The notes below the pieces were generated by a model. That model saw nothing but the letters and a program-made list of their open reading frames with translations, was not told the origin of the DNA and made no database searches. Of a DNA stretch of 56,454 nt, positions 36,219 to 46,715 are shown one piece after another; the stretch's first letter is position 1; each line of letters starts with the position of its first letter. Source of the DNA: a virus (Duplodnaviria; Caudoviricetes); IMG/VR virus record IMGVR_UViG_3300020477_000030, positions 1 to 56,454 of that record; one strand, 5' to 3'. Made by a program: the position numbers and the translations under genes.

Positions 36219-38060
36219 ATGACAGGAAAACTAGTTAAACTTGATTTTCCTCCTGGTATATTCAAAGAATCAACTGAATATGCTGAAAGCGGAAAATGGT
36301 TTAATGCAGATAGAGTTCGTTTTCGTGATGGAAAACCTGAATGTCTTAGAGGATACGAGCCTAAGATAGCAGATACATATGATGGTAATGCAAGAGATTT
36401 GTTAGTATGGATTGATAATAGTCAAACAAAACGAGCAATGTTTGGTACAGATAAAAAATTATTTGAATTTCATGGTGACACAATATTTGATGTAACTCCT
36501 CTAGCATCTACAGTTACACTAGCAAATTGCTTTGGAACATCAGCAGGAACAAATCGAGTATGTGTTTCAGATAATGGAAGTAATACAGCAGTTGGAAATT
36601 TTGTAAACTTTACATCAGCAAGTGCTAATCTTGGAGGTAATATTAATTTAACAGGGAACACTTATGAAATCACTTCTGTTGTTGATGCCAATGTTTATGT
36701 AATTAGTGTTACTGATGCAGCAGACGCAACTAGTTCACAAGCAGGAAATGCTACTTTAAATTATTTAATATCTACTGGTACATCAACAGCCGTTGAAGGA
36801 CTTGGATACAGTGCTGCTAAATATCAAGCAACTGTATGTGCCTCTCAAACAAGAGCTTGGGATGAGCCAGCATCAGCAGGATCATCAGGTCTAGTACGAC
36901 AGATTACACAATGGAGTCTAGATAATTATGGTGAAGATGTTATAGCTAATAGAAGAAAAGGTCCAATTTTCTTTTTTGATACTGATGCTTCGACATCTCC
37001 TATAAGATTAACAACAGTTACTAACTCTCCTGCTACTGTCGATTCGGCTCTTGTTTCTCCTAATGATAGACACATTATTGCTTTAGGTTCTAATGATCTT
37101 GCAGGAAATTATAATCCTATGTTAGTACGCTGGTGTGATACAAATCGAAGAGATAATTGGACTCCATCAGTTAGTTCTAATGCTGGGGATAATTTATTAA
37201 CTGATGGTACTAGAATTGTTGGAGGTGTTCGTTCTCGTAATGGAGTAAACATTTGGACAGATAATGCTTTGTGGAATATGAGTTTTGTTGGTCCTCCTTT
37301 TGTATTTAAGTTTCAACAGCTAGGATCAAACTGTGGATTAATAGCACCTCATGCTGCTATAGATTATAATGGAGCATCTATTTGGATGGGACATGATAAT
37401 TTTTATACTAACGATGGTCAGGTAAGAGTTTTACCTTGTACTGTTAGGAAGCATGTTTTTGATGATTTAAATTTAAGCCAAGCAGATAAAATTTATACAG
37501 GAATCAATTCAGAGTTTAATGAAATTATATGGTTGTATCCTTCTAATAATACAACAAATAATGATTGTGATAAATATGTTATCTTTTCACCAGAAGGAAA
37601 TTATTGGACTATAGGTACAACTTTATTTACAACTTTTGAAGATCAATATGTTTTTGGAAATACTATCACAACAGGAACATCTGTATCAGGAAGCAATCTT
37701 TATGATAATGAACCTGTAGGTTCTAATTTACAAACAGGATCAGGTGATCCTTTAACATCTTTTATTGAATCTGCTGACTTTGATATTGATGATGGTAATC
37801 AGTTAATGTTTTTAAATAGAATGATTCCTGACTTTGATCTTACAGACGGTAATATTAAATTTTCTATTACCACTAGAGATTATCCTGAAAGTACAGAGTC
37901 AGTTACAAAAGGACCATTTACAATTACTAAGTCTACTAAGAAAATAGATTTTAGAGCTAGAGGAAGGCAAGCCAGTATTAAAGTATCAACTAATTCAACT
38001 GAAGCTAAATGGAGATGGGGCGCAATACGTGTAGCCTTTCAACCTGATGGAGGAAGATAA
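36219..38060 (+). CDS. tail nozzle/DNA stabilisation protein (P22 gp10/T7 gp12-like)
   Basis: 613 aa beta-rich; PGI...W...DRVRFR, WSLDNYGE, VRWCD, FRARGRQ, WRWG. Confidence 0.75.
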   Translation: MTGKLVKLDFPPGIFKESTEYAESGKWFNADRVRFRDGKPECLRGYEPKIADTYDGNARDLLVWIDNSQTKRAMFGTDKKLFEFHGDTIFDVTPLASTVTLANCFGTSAGTNRVCVSDNGSNTAVGNFVNFTSASANLGGNINLTGNTYEITSVVDANVYVISVTDAADATSSQAGNATLNYLISTGTSTAVEGLGYSAAKYQATVCASQTRAWDEPASAGSSGLVRQITQWSLDNYGEDVIANRRKGPIFFFDTDASTSPIRLTTVTNSPATVDSALVSPNDRHIIALGSNDLAGNYNPMLVRWCDTNRRDNWTPSVSSNAGDNLLTDGTRIVGGVRSRNGVNIWTDNALWNMSFVGPPFVFKFQQLGSNCGLIAPHAAIDYNGASIWMGHDNFYTNDGQVRVLPCTVRKHVFDDLNLSQADKIYTGINSEFNEIIWLYPSNNTTNNDCDKYVIFSPEGNYWTIGTTLFTTFEDQYVFGNTITTGTSVSGSNLYDNEPVGSNLQTGSGDPLTSFIESADFDIDDGNQLMFLNRMIPDFDLTDGNIKFSITTRDYPESTESVTKGPFTITKSTKKIDFRARGRQASIKVSTNSTEAKWRWGAIRVAFQPDGGR

Positions 38061-38341
38061 TGGCTCGTTATCCTAATCTTCCTTCTTTACTAAATGTAGT
38101 TGAACCTGAAACTAAAAGAATTTATAATACTTTAGAAAAATGGGGAGCAGCTTTAATTAATCAACTTGATTTAAGAGATCAAGAAATTGAAGCAGCACCA
38201 ACTACAAACATTTATACAGTTGTTACCATAACTAATATTGGGCGTCCTAAAGGGGGAGATATTGCATACTCAGCAAGCAGTGGTAAGTTTAAAGGATATG
38301 TTAGTACCGCTGCATCTACAACATGGAAAGATTTGAATTAA
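38060..38341 (+). CDS. hypothetical tail protein
   Basis: AATG coupling; GDIAYSASSGKFKGY...W motif. Confidence 0.65.
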   Translation: MARYPNLPSLLNVVEPETKRIYNTLEKWGAALINQLDLRDQEIEAAPTTNIYTVVTITNIGRPKGGDIAYSASSGKFKGYVSTAASTTWKDLN

Positions 38342-38535
38342 TGACTAATGAAGAATATTTTAAGTTTATTAACGATAGTACTTTGATAGGTAATTTGAAT
38401 CAAGGTCAGATTATGTTGCCTGAGTTATATAATATTCAACAGAAGTTTCATCCAATTCAAAACGTATCTAGCATAAATAATAATCCACAATCTAATTATG
38501 CTTCTTTTGGAGACAGATATGCTACCAACAAATAG
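38341..38535 (+). CDS. hypothetical protein (likely start MTNEE)
   Basis: TAATG coupling. Confidence 0.5.
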   Translation: MTNEEYFKFINDSTLIGNLNQGQIMLPELYNIQQKFHPIQNVSSINNNPQSNYASFGDRYATNK

Positions 38536-40432
38536 AAAATTTGAAGACTTTATGGATTTTAGAGATATGATTCAAGGTAATTCTTTGAATGACCGTAGAG
38601 AAATGGTTCAGTATATATCTAAAAAGCCTAGAATTGGTAGAGCATTAGGTGGACAAGCAACGCCAGCATCAAGACAATCTGTAGAAAAATCTATGGGAGA
38701 TAAGAGAATAGCAAAACCAGGAGATTCTTTAGCTGAAATATTTGTAGAATCAGCATTAGCTAAAAATCCAAATCTATTTGATAAATTTTATAAACAACAA
38801 TCTAAAATATCTGATGGTACTGAAATAATAAAAAGAGGTCTTACAAGTTTACCTGTAGTTGAAGCAAGTTTTGGTGGATTTCTAAAAGACTTTGGTATAG
38901 GAATTGCAAAAAGTGTAGTAGGAGATATAGCAGGAGAAGTTGTTGGAAGTGCGTTTGAAGGTTTTGCTCCTGGTATAGCAGATGCATTAGGAACTACAGC
39001 AGGGAAAGCATTGTTTGGAGCAGGTACAAATGCTTTGTTTGATTATGGAGCTAAAGAAGTTTTTGGTTATGGTCAAGGACCAAGTTTTGAAAATTTTGCT
39101 ACAGACGCTTTATTTAGAGGAGTAGCAGATTATTATTCTACACCAGAAGATGAACGTGCTTTTTTTGGTGAATTAGGTTTAGATGAAGAAGAAGATGCTA
39201 AAAAAATAAAAGCTATACAAGATGCTAGGAAAAAAATTAGAGCTTCTCGTTTAGGTGAATTAGAGTTTGATACGAAAGGACCAAGAGGAGGTTCAAGAAG
39301 AGAAGAACCTGCACCATTTATGGATCGTGTTAAACAATATGGTAGATATACAGGACCATCTGGTGGATTAAATTTAAAAAATCTAGCAATACGAGCCTAT
39401 CCTGCTGCTGCTAGTGCTATAATGAAAGCATCAGCAGTACCTGCACAACCTCAAGGTATAGGACAACAGCAGATTCAACCTAGTAGAGTAGCACGGTTAA
39501 GTCGTGAAGTAGGTGGCTTACGAGGTATTACTGTTCCTGCTAAAGTAGATAGAAATGAACTAAACCAAAGACAAATTACAGAATTATCTACAAAAGGATT
39601 TACTATTCATAAGGGAAAACGAATTACTCGTCAAGACTTAATAGGTCGTACAGAATATGCTAGACGTACTAAACCTCTTGCAACATCAGCTACAGGTGGT
39701 CTTGTTTCTTTAAAAGATAATGGTGGTCCTGTAGTTAGTGATGCTCAAAAGGCTTATATGAATTGGTTAGATTCAGTGGGTGGTCCTGGTGCATTAAGTA
39801 AAAGAGGTTTACAAAGTAGACGTATAGATGAAGTTATAGAGGAGGGTGAAGCTGGTCCTCAATATTTTAGTTACCATCATCAAGGAAATGAAAGAGGTGT
39901 AGGAATGTATGATGATATTCCACAAGACTATCATGACTTTCCTTTTGCATATCCTGAACATCCAGCTTTTAGAAGTTTAAATGTTTTAGGTGGTGGACCT
40001 GGAGCAGTTCCACCTAGAGTATTTCGATCTTTACAAAAAATAGCTCCTTCAGATTCTAACAGAGAATTTGTTTTAAGATTATTAGGACTTCAAGAGGATG
40101 ATGATCTTATAGAAGCAAATCAAGGTGGTTCTCTCATGGGAAATCAATTCTCAGGAATGGTAGGTGGAGATGGGCATGGTATGGAAGATAATGTCCAAAT
40201 GCCTATTGTATCAGATGGAGAACAGGTAGCTACTCTAGCTGTAAGCCCAAAAGAATATGTAGTTGATGCATATACAATGTCAGCATTAGGTAATGGTAAT
40301 GCTGATGAAGGTGCAAAGATTATGGATGAAACAATTAAATCTATCAGACGTAATGCATACGGTACAAGTAAACAACCTAATGAAATTAATGGTACAAAAG
40401 CCCTGAGATCAGGATTAAGTAGTTTAGGATAA
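38519..40432 (+). CDS. internal virion/ejection protein (likely start MLPTN)
   Basis: GGAG RBS; Gly/Ala-rich segment, several xxGG motifs, C-terminal G.G.G.ED.V...VSPKEYVV.A...LGNG..GA domain. Confidence 0.7.
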   Translation: MLPTNRKFEDFMDFRDMIQGNSLNDRREMVQYISKKPRIGRALGGQATPASRQSVEKSMGDKRIAKPGDSLAEIFVESALAKNPNLFDKFYKQQSKISDGTEIIKRGLTSLPVVEASFGGFLKDFGIGIAKSVVGDIAGEVVGSAFEGFAPGIADALGTTAGKALFGAGTNALFDYGAKEVFGYGQGPSFENFATDALFRGVADYYSTPEDERAFFGELGLDEEEDAKKIKAIQDARKKIRASRLGELEFDTKGPRGGSRREEPAPFMDRVKQYGRYTGPSGGLNLKNLAIRAYPAAASAIMKASAVPAQPQGIGQQQIQPSRVARLSREVGGLRGITVPAKVDRNELNQRQITELSTKGFTIHKGKRITRQDLIGRTEYARRTKPLATSATGGLVSLKDNGGPVVSDAQKAYMNWLDSVGGPGALSKRGLQSRRIDEVIEEGEAGPQYFSYHHQGNERGVGMYDDIPQDYHDFPFAYPEHPAFRSLNVLGGGPGAVPPRVFRSLQKIAPSDSNREFVLRLLGLQEDDDLIEANQGGSLMGNQFSGMVGGDGHGMEDNVQMPIVSDGEQVATLAVSPKEYVVDAYTMSALGNGNADEGAKIMDETIKSIRRNAYGTSKQPNEINGTKALRSGLSSLG

Positions 40433-40443
40433 AGGATAAAAAG

Positions 40444-42498
40444 ATGGCATCATCATTTTTAGGTACAGGATTTTTTCAACCACAGGCTCGTCCAGGTGGA
40501 GTAACTGTTGCAACAGAACGCCTTGCGGAGGAAATTGCTCCTTTTATGCAAGACTATCTGGAGCGAGAATCTGCTCTTGCTACACTGCGTTCTGAAGGAT
40601 TACGAGATGAGGTAACTGGAGAACTGGTTCTTGATCCTGTAACAGGAGAACCTATTGATCCAGGTGGATATAAAGCATTTACAGGACCAACTATTGCAGA
40701 TTTTACTGGTGAACAACTGGCTGCTCAACGAGGATTAACTAGTCTTGCTGGCTTTGAAACTACAGTTGATCCTGTTACTGGTGAGCGTACTGTAACTGAG
40801 ACAGGCCCAGGTATAGCTGGGACTCGTTTTGCTGATGCTGAAGCTTTAATACGAGGACAGCAAGAAGAATTTACAGCAGATACTGCTGAAAAGTTTATGT
40901 CTCCTTTTCAACAAGCTGTTGTAGATATAGAAAAAAGAGAAGCACAACAAAAGTTTGAACAAGATGTTTTACCTAAAGTACAAGCTGCTGCTATTCAATC
41001 AGGATCGTTTGGTGGGAGTCGTGGTGCTTTACTAGAAGCAGAAGCTTTAAGAGGACAACAGCAACTTCTAGGAGATATACAATCTAAAGGATTACAATCT
41101 GCTTATGATCGAGCTAGGCAAGATTTTGAAGCACAGAAATCTAGAGAACGTGGACAGGCTCAAGCATTAATAGGATTATCTCCTGCTGAAACTGCTCAAC
41201 GTACTAGAGAACTTCAGGGATTAGAACGTGTAGGTGCAGCACAACAAGCACAAACACAAACTGCTCTTGATGAAGCGTATAAAGAATTTCTTGAAGAACA
41301 AGCATTTCCTGAAACTGTTCTTGATCGTATGCAATCAGCAGCATTTGGTTTTCCTGCTCTTAGACAAGAAGTTAGGCAATCTCCTACTACCTTTGGTCCC
41401 TCTCCTTTTGCTACTTTAGCATCTGGTGTAGGTGCTATTGGAACAGGTGTTGGTAGTCTCTTTGGTCAGCTAGGTGGTAGTAGGGCAGGGAAACGTAAGC
41501 ACGGTGGGATTGTGTCTCGTCGTGATGGTGGACTTGTACCTTTAGTATCAAGACAAAATGGTAATGTAGTCTATGAAGGAGAACGTCCAGACTTTAGTAT
41601 TCCAACTACAGAAGATACTCCTGAAAATGCAATGTTAGCCTTACTTAGAGCAAGAAAAACTGCACAAGAACGTGCTGCTATACAAAGAGAAGCATTGAGA
41701 AAAAAACAAGCTGCAAGAATAGAAGCTCGAAAAGCTAGGCTTGATGAGAGAGCAGACCCTTTAAAATTATTTTTTAGAGGATTAATGCAAGCAGATAAAA
41801 TGCCCGCAAGCGGAGATTATCGTGATGCTGGTATGTTTGGAGGGTTAAATCTTCCAGCTATTGCACAAGATATAGATACAAGAAAAAGTACATTAGAAAA
41901 AGAATATAAAACTTTAGAAGAAAGAGATGAAGATACTCGAATTGCTGCAATGCAAGCAGATATTGATCGTATGGAACAACAAGCTGAACAAGATATAAAA
42001 GATGAAGAAAGGTTACAACAATTTAACATAAGAGAAAGAACCGCAAATTTAGCAGAACTAACTCAAAAAACTAATGAAGAACTAAAAAGACAAGAGTTAT
42101 CAATACTTAGTGATGCAGAACTTAATAAATTAACAATAGCAAGGCTTGAAAGAGCTAGAAAAAATAGAAAAGACGAAAAAGAGTTTGATTTAAAAGTTAC
42201 TAGGTTAGGTGTAGAAATTGGAAAATTAAAACAAAGTATAGGTGAAGCACAGGCTAAAATTTTAAATAGTAACGAATTTAAAGATTTACTTGCTAATAGT
42301 GAGTTTAGATTAGCTGAAGAAGCGGCGCGACGAGCAGGTATAGATGTAGATACTATAAAATATTTAAGAAATATTTTAACTCAAGAAAATAAAACTAAAG
42401 TAGAATCAGCGTCTCAAACCTCACCGCCAACAGACCCTGTTGATATGGAAAAAACTATTAGAAATCTAGAAGAACAAGCAAAAAGATTAAGAAAGTAA
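40444..42498 (+). CDS. DNA transfer/ejection protein
   Basis: FMSPFQQAVVD, GSFGGSR, Gln/Ala coiled coil, Gly-rich hydrophobic segment followed by RKHGGIV/RRDGGLV. Confidence 0.75.
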   Translation: MASSFLGTGFFQPQARPGGVTVATERLAEEIAPFMQDYLERESALATLRSEGLRDEVTGELVLDPVTGEPIDPGGYKAFTGPTIADFTGEQLAAQRGLTSLAGFETTVDPVTGERTVTETGPGIAGTRFADAEALIRGQQEEFTADTAEKFMSPFQQAVVDIEKREAQQKFEQDVLPKVQAAAIQSGSFGGSRGALLEAEALRGQQQLLGDIQSKGLQSAYDRARQDFEAQKSRERGQAQALIGLSPAETAQRTRELQGLERVGAAQQAQTQTALDEAYKEFLEEQAFPETVLDRMQSAAFGFPALRQEVRQSPTTFGPSPFATLASGVGAIGTGVGSLFGQLGGSRAGKRKHGGIVSRRDGGLVPLVSRQNGNVVYEGERPDFSIPTTEDTPENAMLALLRARKTAQERAAIQREALRKKQAARIEARKARLDERADPLKLFFRGLMQADKMPASGDYRDAGMFGGLNLPAIAQDIDTRKSTLEKEYKTLEERDEDTRIAAMQADIDRMEQQAEQDIKDEERLQQFNIRERTANLAELTQKTNEELKRQELSILSDAELNKLTIARLERARKNRKDEKEFDLKVTRLGVEIGKLKQSIGEAQAKILNSNEFKDLLANSEFRLAEEAARRAGIDVDTIKYLRNILTQENKTKVESASQTSPPTDPVDMEKTIRNLEEQAKRLRK

Positions 42499-42525
42499 CA
42501 TGGTAAAAGGTAGTGAGTAAAATAT

Positions 42526-45500
42526 ATGGCTCAAAAAAATATTACATATGAAGGATTACAAAAAGATTCTGATTTTTTATCTTCTGCTTATCATAGTTTA
42601 ATAGCATTAGGAGAAAATCCTTCAACTAATCCTAAAGAAATTGTAGATACTTTTTTAACTAAACGTCGATGGTTTAATGCTAATTTAGGCGCTACGGTTA
42701 ATCAATCACGTACAATTCTAAATGATTTTTCTCCTGATTTATTAACTGTATATCAACATGCTGTTGATAAAGTAGACGCTATGCCTAATTTTGGAGACGG
42801 TGCTGCACCTGAATGGGAAGCTGCTGGTGATTATATATACGCTGGTATTACTGATCCTTTAAATATTCTTTCAGGTTTAGCTTCTTTCTTTACTTTTGGA
42901 GGAGCAGGTGCCGCTGGAATTGCCACTAAAGAGGCGGCTAAGTTAGGATTTAAAAAAGGATTAGAAGCTAAAATAAAATCTTTAATATCAAAAGAAGGTA
43001 GACAACGGTTAGCTCAGACAGGAAAGGTTTTAGCTGTAGAAGGATCAACAGCAGGTGCAGGAGAAGCTTATCGTGAAAATTTAAATCAAGATGTAGAAAT
43101 AGCTACTGGCAAAAGAACAGAAAAAGACTATGGAAATATAGCTTTGCATGGAGCTATAGGAACTGTAGCTGCTCCTGCAATAGGAGCTACTGCTAGTCAA
43201 GGGTATAAAGTAGTAAAAAATGCATTAGGTTCTGAAATACTTAAACAGGTATCTTCAGAAGTTGCTGAAAGTGTAGGTACTCAACTTAGTAAAACTGGGT
43301 TAGGCGAAAAATTTGTTGATAACATAAGTCAGATTCCACAAGTTACTAATACATTAATTAATAATATTATACCTGCTGCTCAACGTGATGAACTAAGCAC
43401 TAGAGTTTTTGAACGTGTAACTGGAGAAACAAAACCTTTAGAAGAAGTTGCTGAAAAAATTTCTATTAAAATGGATAAAGAAATTAAAGCTAATTTTCAA
43501 GAAGAAGGAGATGTAGCTTTAATAAATAAAGCAATGGAAGGTGATAGGCAAGCTTTAACTACAATAGGAAATAGAAGCGTTGAATTACAAAATACTATTA
43601 AAGAATGGCAAGAAACTGTAGGGCAGCTTCAAGATATTGCTGGTGTTGGAAAATTTATTAGTGCAAAAATTAAAGGGCAATATAAATATAATCCTGATAA
43701 GCCATATGCTAGAGATATTTATGATAGATATATATCTTCAAGAAAAGAACCCTTTAATAAATTTATTGAAAACAATCCTGATTTACTGCAAGAATTACAA
43801 GAAGAACTATTAGCTGATGCTGCAACTAAAGATAAAAAATGGGCAACAAAAGCTAATTTAATAAGAGATGATGAATTAAAACCTGAAATTGATATTGATA
43901 AATATGTAGAAGAATTTGCTAAAAAACAATATAATCCTGTATTAAACAGGAGAAAAAAACTTGGTCCTTTAGATAAAAGAAAAGAAATACCTAAAGCAAT
44001 ACAGGCTATTTGGGGGAAGAATAATCAACCTGCTATTCGAGCTTTAGAAACTGCTAAAGGTATTGTAGACTCTTCTACTCAAATGAGACTTGCTTCTTCA
44101 TTAGCTGAAAGTTTATTAGCTAGAGGAGTTGCTAAAAAATTTACAGATGCAGATGGGCCAGTACCTCAAGATATGGTTAAATTAGTATCAGGATTTGATC
44201 CAGAGGGTAAAATATCTGATGCTTTATCTCCATTTGCGTTGTCTAAAAACATTTTAACTAAAGATATTAATGAGATTTATATTGATAAAAATCAAGCATC
44301 TATAATTAAAAATTTAGTAGAAGGTTTTGATTCTAGACTTTTTGACAAATACGAAGGATTTGGGTCTGGATTTTTACAAAGCGCAACTAATGTTTTATCA
44401 GCAGCACAAGGTCGGTTAAAAAAAGCTAAAACTATTTATAACCCTTATGCTCATATTCGTAACGCTACAGGTGCTGCTTCATATGTTATTGGTAGTGGTA
44501 ACTATGGAGGACTAAAAGATGTTGTTGAGTTTTATGGAAAAAATATAAGAAATCCTGAAGCTAGACAAGAGATGTGGAATATGATGTCTCGTATGGGTTT
44601 AAAAGGAAGTCAAGTAGAATTAAATCAAATATTTACTAGACTTGCTGAATTAGATAAAGGTCGTGGAAATATTGCTGAAGAATTTGCTCTTGCTGTAGGA
44701 ACAGGCGGGCAAAATTATGTTGAAAAAATTCCTGGTATAGATAAAACAATTAAAGGTCTGGAAAACATGTATATGTTTACAGACGATTTTGCTAAAATGG
44801 CAACTTTTTTTCGAGAAAGAAAACGAGCAGATACGATATGGAATAATTCTTCTGATGAAATAAAACAACAAAAAAGAAAAAATTTTAGTAATGCTTTTTT
44901 AGGTGGTAAAATAATTCCAGGTGAACAAAATGCGTTAGCTAAATTTGATAAAGAATTATTGGATGAACAAGCTGTTGCGAAAGCTATGCAACTTGTTCCT
45001 GTTTATTCAAGAATACCTGCTCTTGTTGAAAAAATGAGAGGTCTTCCTGTTCTGGGAAACTTTGCTGCTTTTCCTGCTGAGAACTTACGTAATAAATATA
45101 ATTTATTTAAAATATCAGGACAAGAAATACAAGAAGGAATTGCTACAGGAAATAAATCATTAGTTAATGCAGGGTTAAATCGATTAGCTTCTCAATCAGT
45201 TGTTGCAGGTTCAGCTTATACTGGTGCTTACTTTTATAATTTATATAATGATACACAAAAATATATGCCATCAGTTAGAAATACTTTACCTGAGTGGGAA
45301 AGAAACGGAGCTATAACAATTAGAAAAGATAATAAAGGTAAAATTTATTATCAAAATCATAGTTATTCAAACCCTGATCAATATGTATTAGATTTTATTA
45401 TGCCCTTTATTTTGGACATGGGAGAAGGGAGGAACATAGATGAGTCTTTATTTGATACAATAACAGGCATTGCCTCAAGACAATTAGAACCTTTTTTTGG

Positions 45501-46368
45501 ACCATCCTTAGCTGTACAAGGGGCAAAAGATTTATATGATTACGCTGATGCTAGTGATTTGCAAAAAGCAATGGCGGCTTTAGGTGCTTATTATAAAACA
45601 GTGGAGCCTGGATTTCTAAAACCTATTAGAGAGTTAGCTTTTGAAGCTGGCTTTGCAGATTCCAATGAATATTTATCAACATTAGATAGAACTTTAAAAA
45701 GAATACTCCCAGGAGAAAAACAACTACGTCTTACAGATACTACATTAAGAGAAGATTTACGTAGACTAGGAGTTCCTGGTGCTGATTTAGCTGCGGGAAA
45801 AGGAGAAAATGTTTCTGCTTGGGAAATTATGGCGCAAATAAATCCGTTTTCTTGGGGAATTAAAGAAAGGGAATTTGATCCTAAAAAACAAATTACTTAT
45901 GCAACAAGAACTTTAGCTAGAAATTCTGAAAATGATTATAACGATGTTGTAAGAGAAATTAATACTATACTTAATGCTTCTGCTCAAAAACCTAATTTAA
46001 AATCTATAGGAAAAATGTATCGTGAAGCTATTGAAGAAAAATTTGGAGCGGCGCAACAAATATATACACTTCATACTTCTTTTAAAGGATTTATGTCTCA
46101 ACGTGAGTTAAGAGGTTTAGCTATGAATAAAGTTGCTAGGGGGCAGCTATCTAAACAAGACATGAGATATATATTAAGAAATCAATTTAATACTCCAAGA
46201 TTATCTCGTAATAAAAATTTAATTTCTACAATGCGCGAAGCTAATAAAAATAGAGAAGGTGAAGATCGAATTGATATTGTTGATGTACGTAAGATTTTAA
46301 GTAAAGTTGAAAGCGATTTTGGTGGTCGTTCTTTATCTCGTAATGTAGAAGAGAAAGAAGAAGACTAA
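42526..46368 (+). CDS. large internal virion/ejection protein
   Basis: 1280 aa, helical, last large gene of the structural arm. Confidence 0.7.
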   Translation: MAQKNITYEGLQKDSDFLSSAYHSLIALGENPSTNPKEIVDTFLTKRRWFNANLGATVNQSRTILNDFSPDLLTVYQHAVDKVDAMPNFGDGAAPEWEAAGDYIYAGITDPLNILSGLASFFTFGGAGAAGIATKEAAKLGFKKGLEAKIKSLISKEGRQRLAQTGKVLAVEGSTAGAGEAYRENLNQDVEIATGKRTEKDYGNIALHGAIGTVAAPAIGATASQGYKVVKNALGSEILKQVSSEVAESVGTQLSKTGLGEKFVDNISQIPQVTNTLINNIIPAAQRDELSTRVFERVTGETKPLEEVAEKISIKMDKEIKANFQEEGDVALINKAMEGDRQALTTIGNRSVELQNTIKEWQETVGQLQDIAGVGKFISAKIKGQYKYNPDKPYARDIYDRYISSRKEPFNKFIENNPDLLQELQEELLADAATKDKKWATKANLIRDDELKPEIDIDKYVEEFAKKQYNPVLNRRKKLGPLDKRKEIPKAIQAIWGKNNQPAIRALETAKGIVDSSTQMRLASSLAESLLARGVAKKFTDADGPVPQDMVKLVSGFDPEGKISDALSPFALSKNILTKDINEIYIDKNQASIIKNLVEGFDSRLFDKYEGFGSGFLQSATNVLSAAQGRLKKAKTIYNPYAHIRNATGAASYVIGSGNYGGLKDVVEFYGKNIRNPEARQEMWNMMSRMGLKGSQVELNQIFTRLAELDKGRGNIAEEFALAVGTGGQNYVEKIPGIDKTIKGLENMYMFTDDFAKMATFFRERKRADTIWNNSSDEIKQQKRKNFSNAFLGGKIIPGEQNALAKFDKELLDEQAVAKAMQLVPVYSRIPALVEKMRGLPVLGNFAAFPAENLRNKYNLFKISGQEIQEGIATGNKSLVNAGLNRLASQSVVAGSAYTGAYFYNLYNDTQKYMPSVRNTLPEWERNGAITIRKDNKGKIYYQNHSYSNPDQYVLDFIMPFILDMGEGRNIDESLFDTITGIASRQLEPFFGPSLAVQGAKDLYDYADASDLQKAMAALGAYYKTVEPGFLKPIRELAFEAGFADSNEYLSTLDRTLKRILPGEKQLRLTDTTLREDLRRLGVPGADLAAGKGENVSAWEIMAQINPFSWGIKEREFDPKKQITYATRTLARNSENDYNDVVREINTILNASAQKPNLKSIGKMYREAIEEKFGAAQQIYTLHTSFKGFMSQRELRGLAMNKVARGQLSKQDMRYILRNQFNTPRLSRNKNLISTMREANKNREGEDRIDIVDVRKILSKVESDFGGRSLSRNVEEKEED

Positions 46369-46715
46369 TGGAATTAGACGCAAGACTATTAATAACATTA
46401 GGAGGTATGCTTATCTCAGTGATAACTAGCTTTATTGTTACTCGTCAAAAATGTATTGAATTAGAAGATGATGTTAAAACAATTCAAAAAAATATTAATG
46501 AGTTGTATGATAACCTAGAGAAAAATAATATTAGTACACAAGTAACAGAAAATAAAATTGGTGTGTTATCTGATATTCTATCTCCTACTAATCGAGAGAA
46601 GTTACATCGTTCTTTAGAACGTCTAGAAACTAAAGTAGCACAACTTGAAGATTTTTCTTCCAAGATTTATCACATGCATAATGGCAAACACCCTAGCGTA
46701 GAGGATCAAAAATGA
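46368..46715 (+). CDS. membrane-anchored coiled-coil protein (possible lysis accessory)
   Basis: N-terminal TM helix + coiled coil; coupled to the endolysin gene. Confidence 0.55.
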   Translation: MELDARLLITLGGMLISVITSFIVTRQKCIELEDDVKTIQKNINELYDNLEKNNISTQVTENKIGVLSDILSPTNREKLHRSLERLETKVAQLEDFSSKIYHMHNGKHPSVEDQK

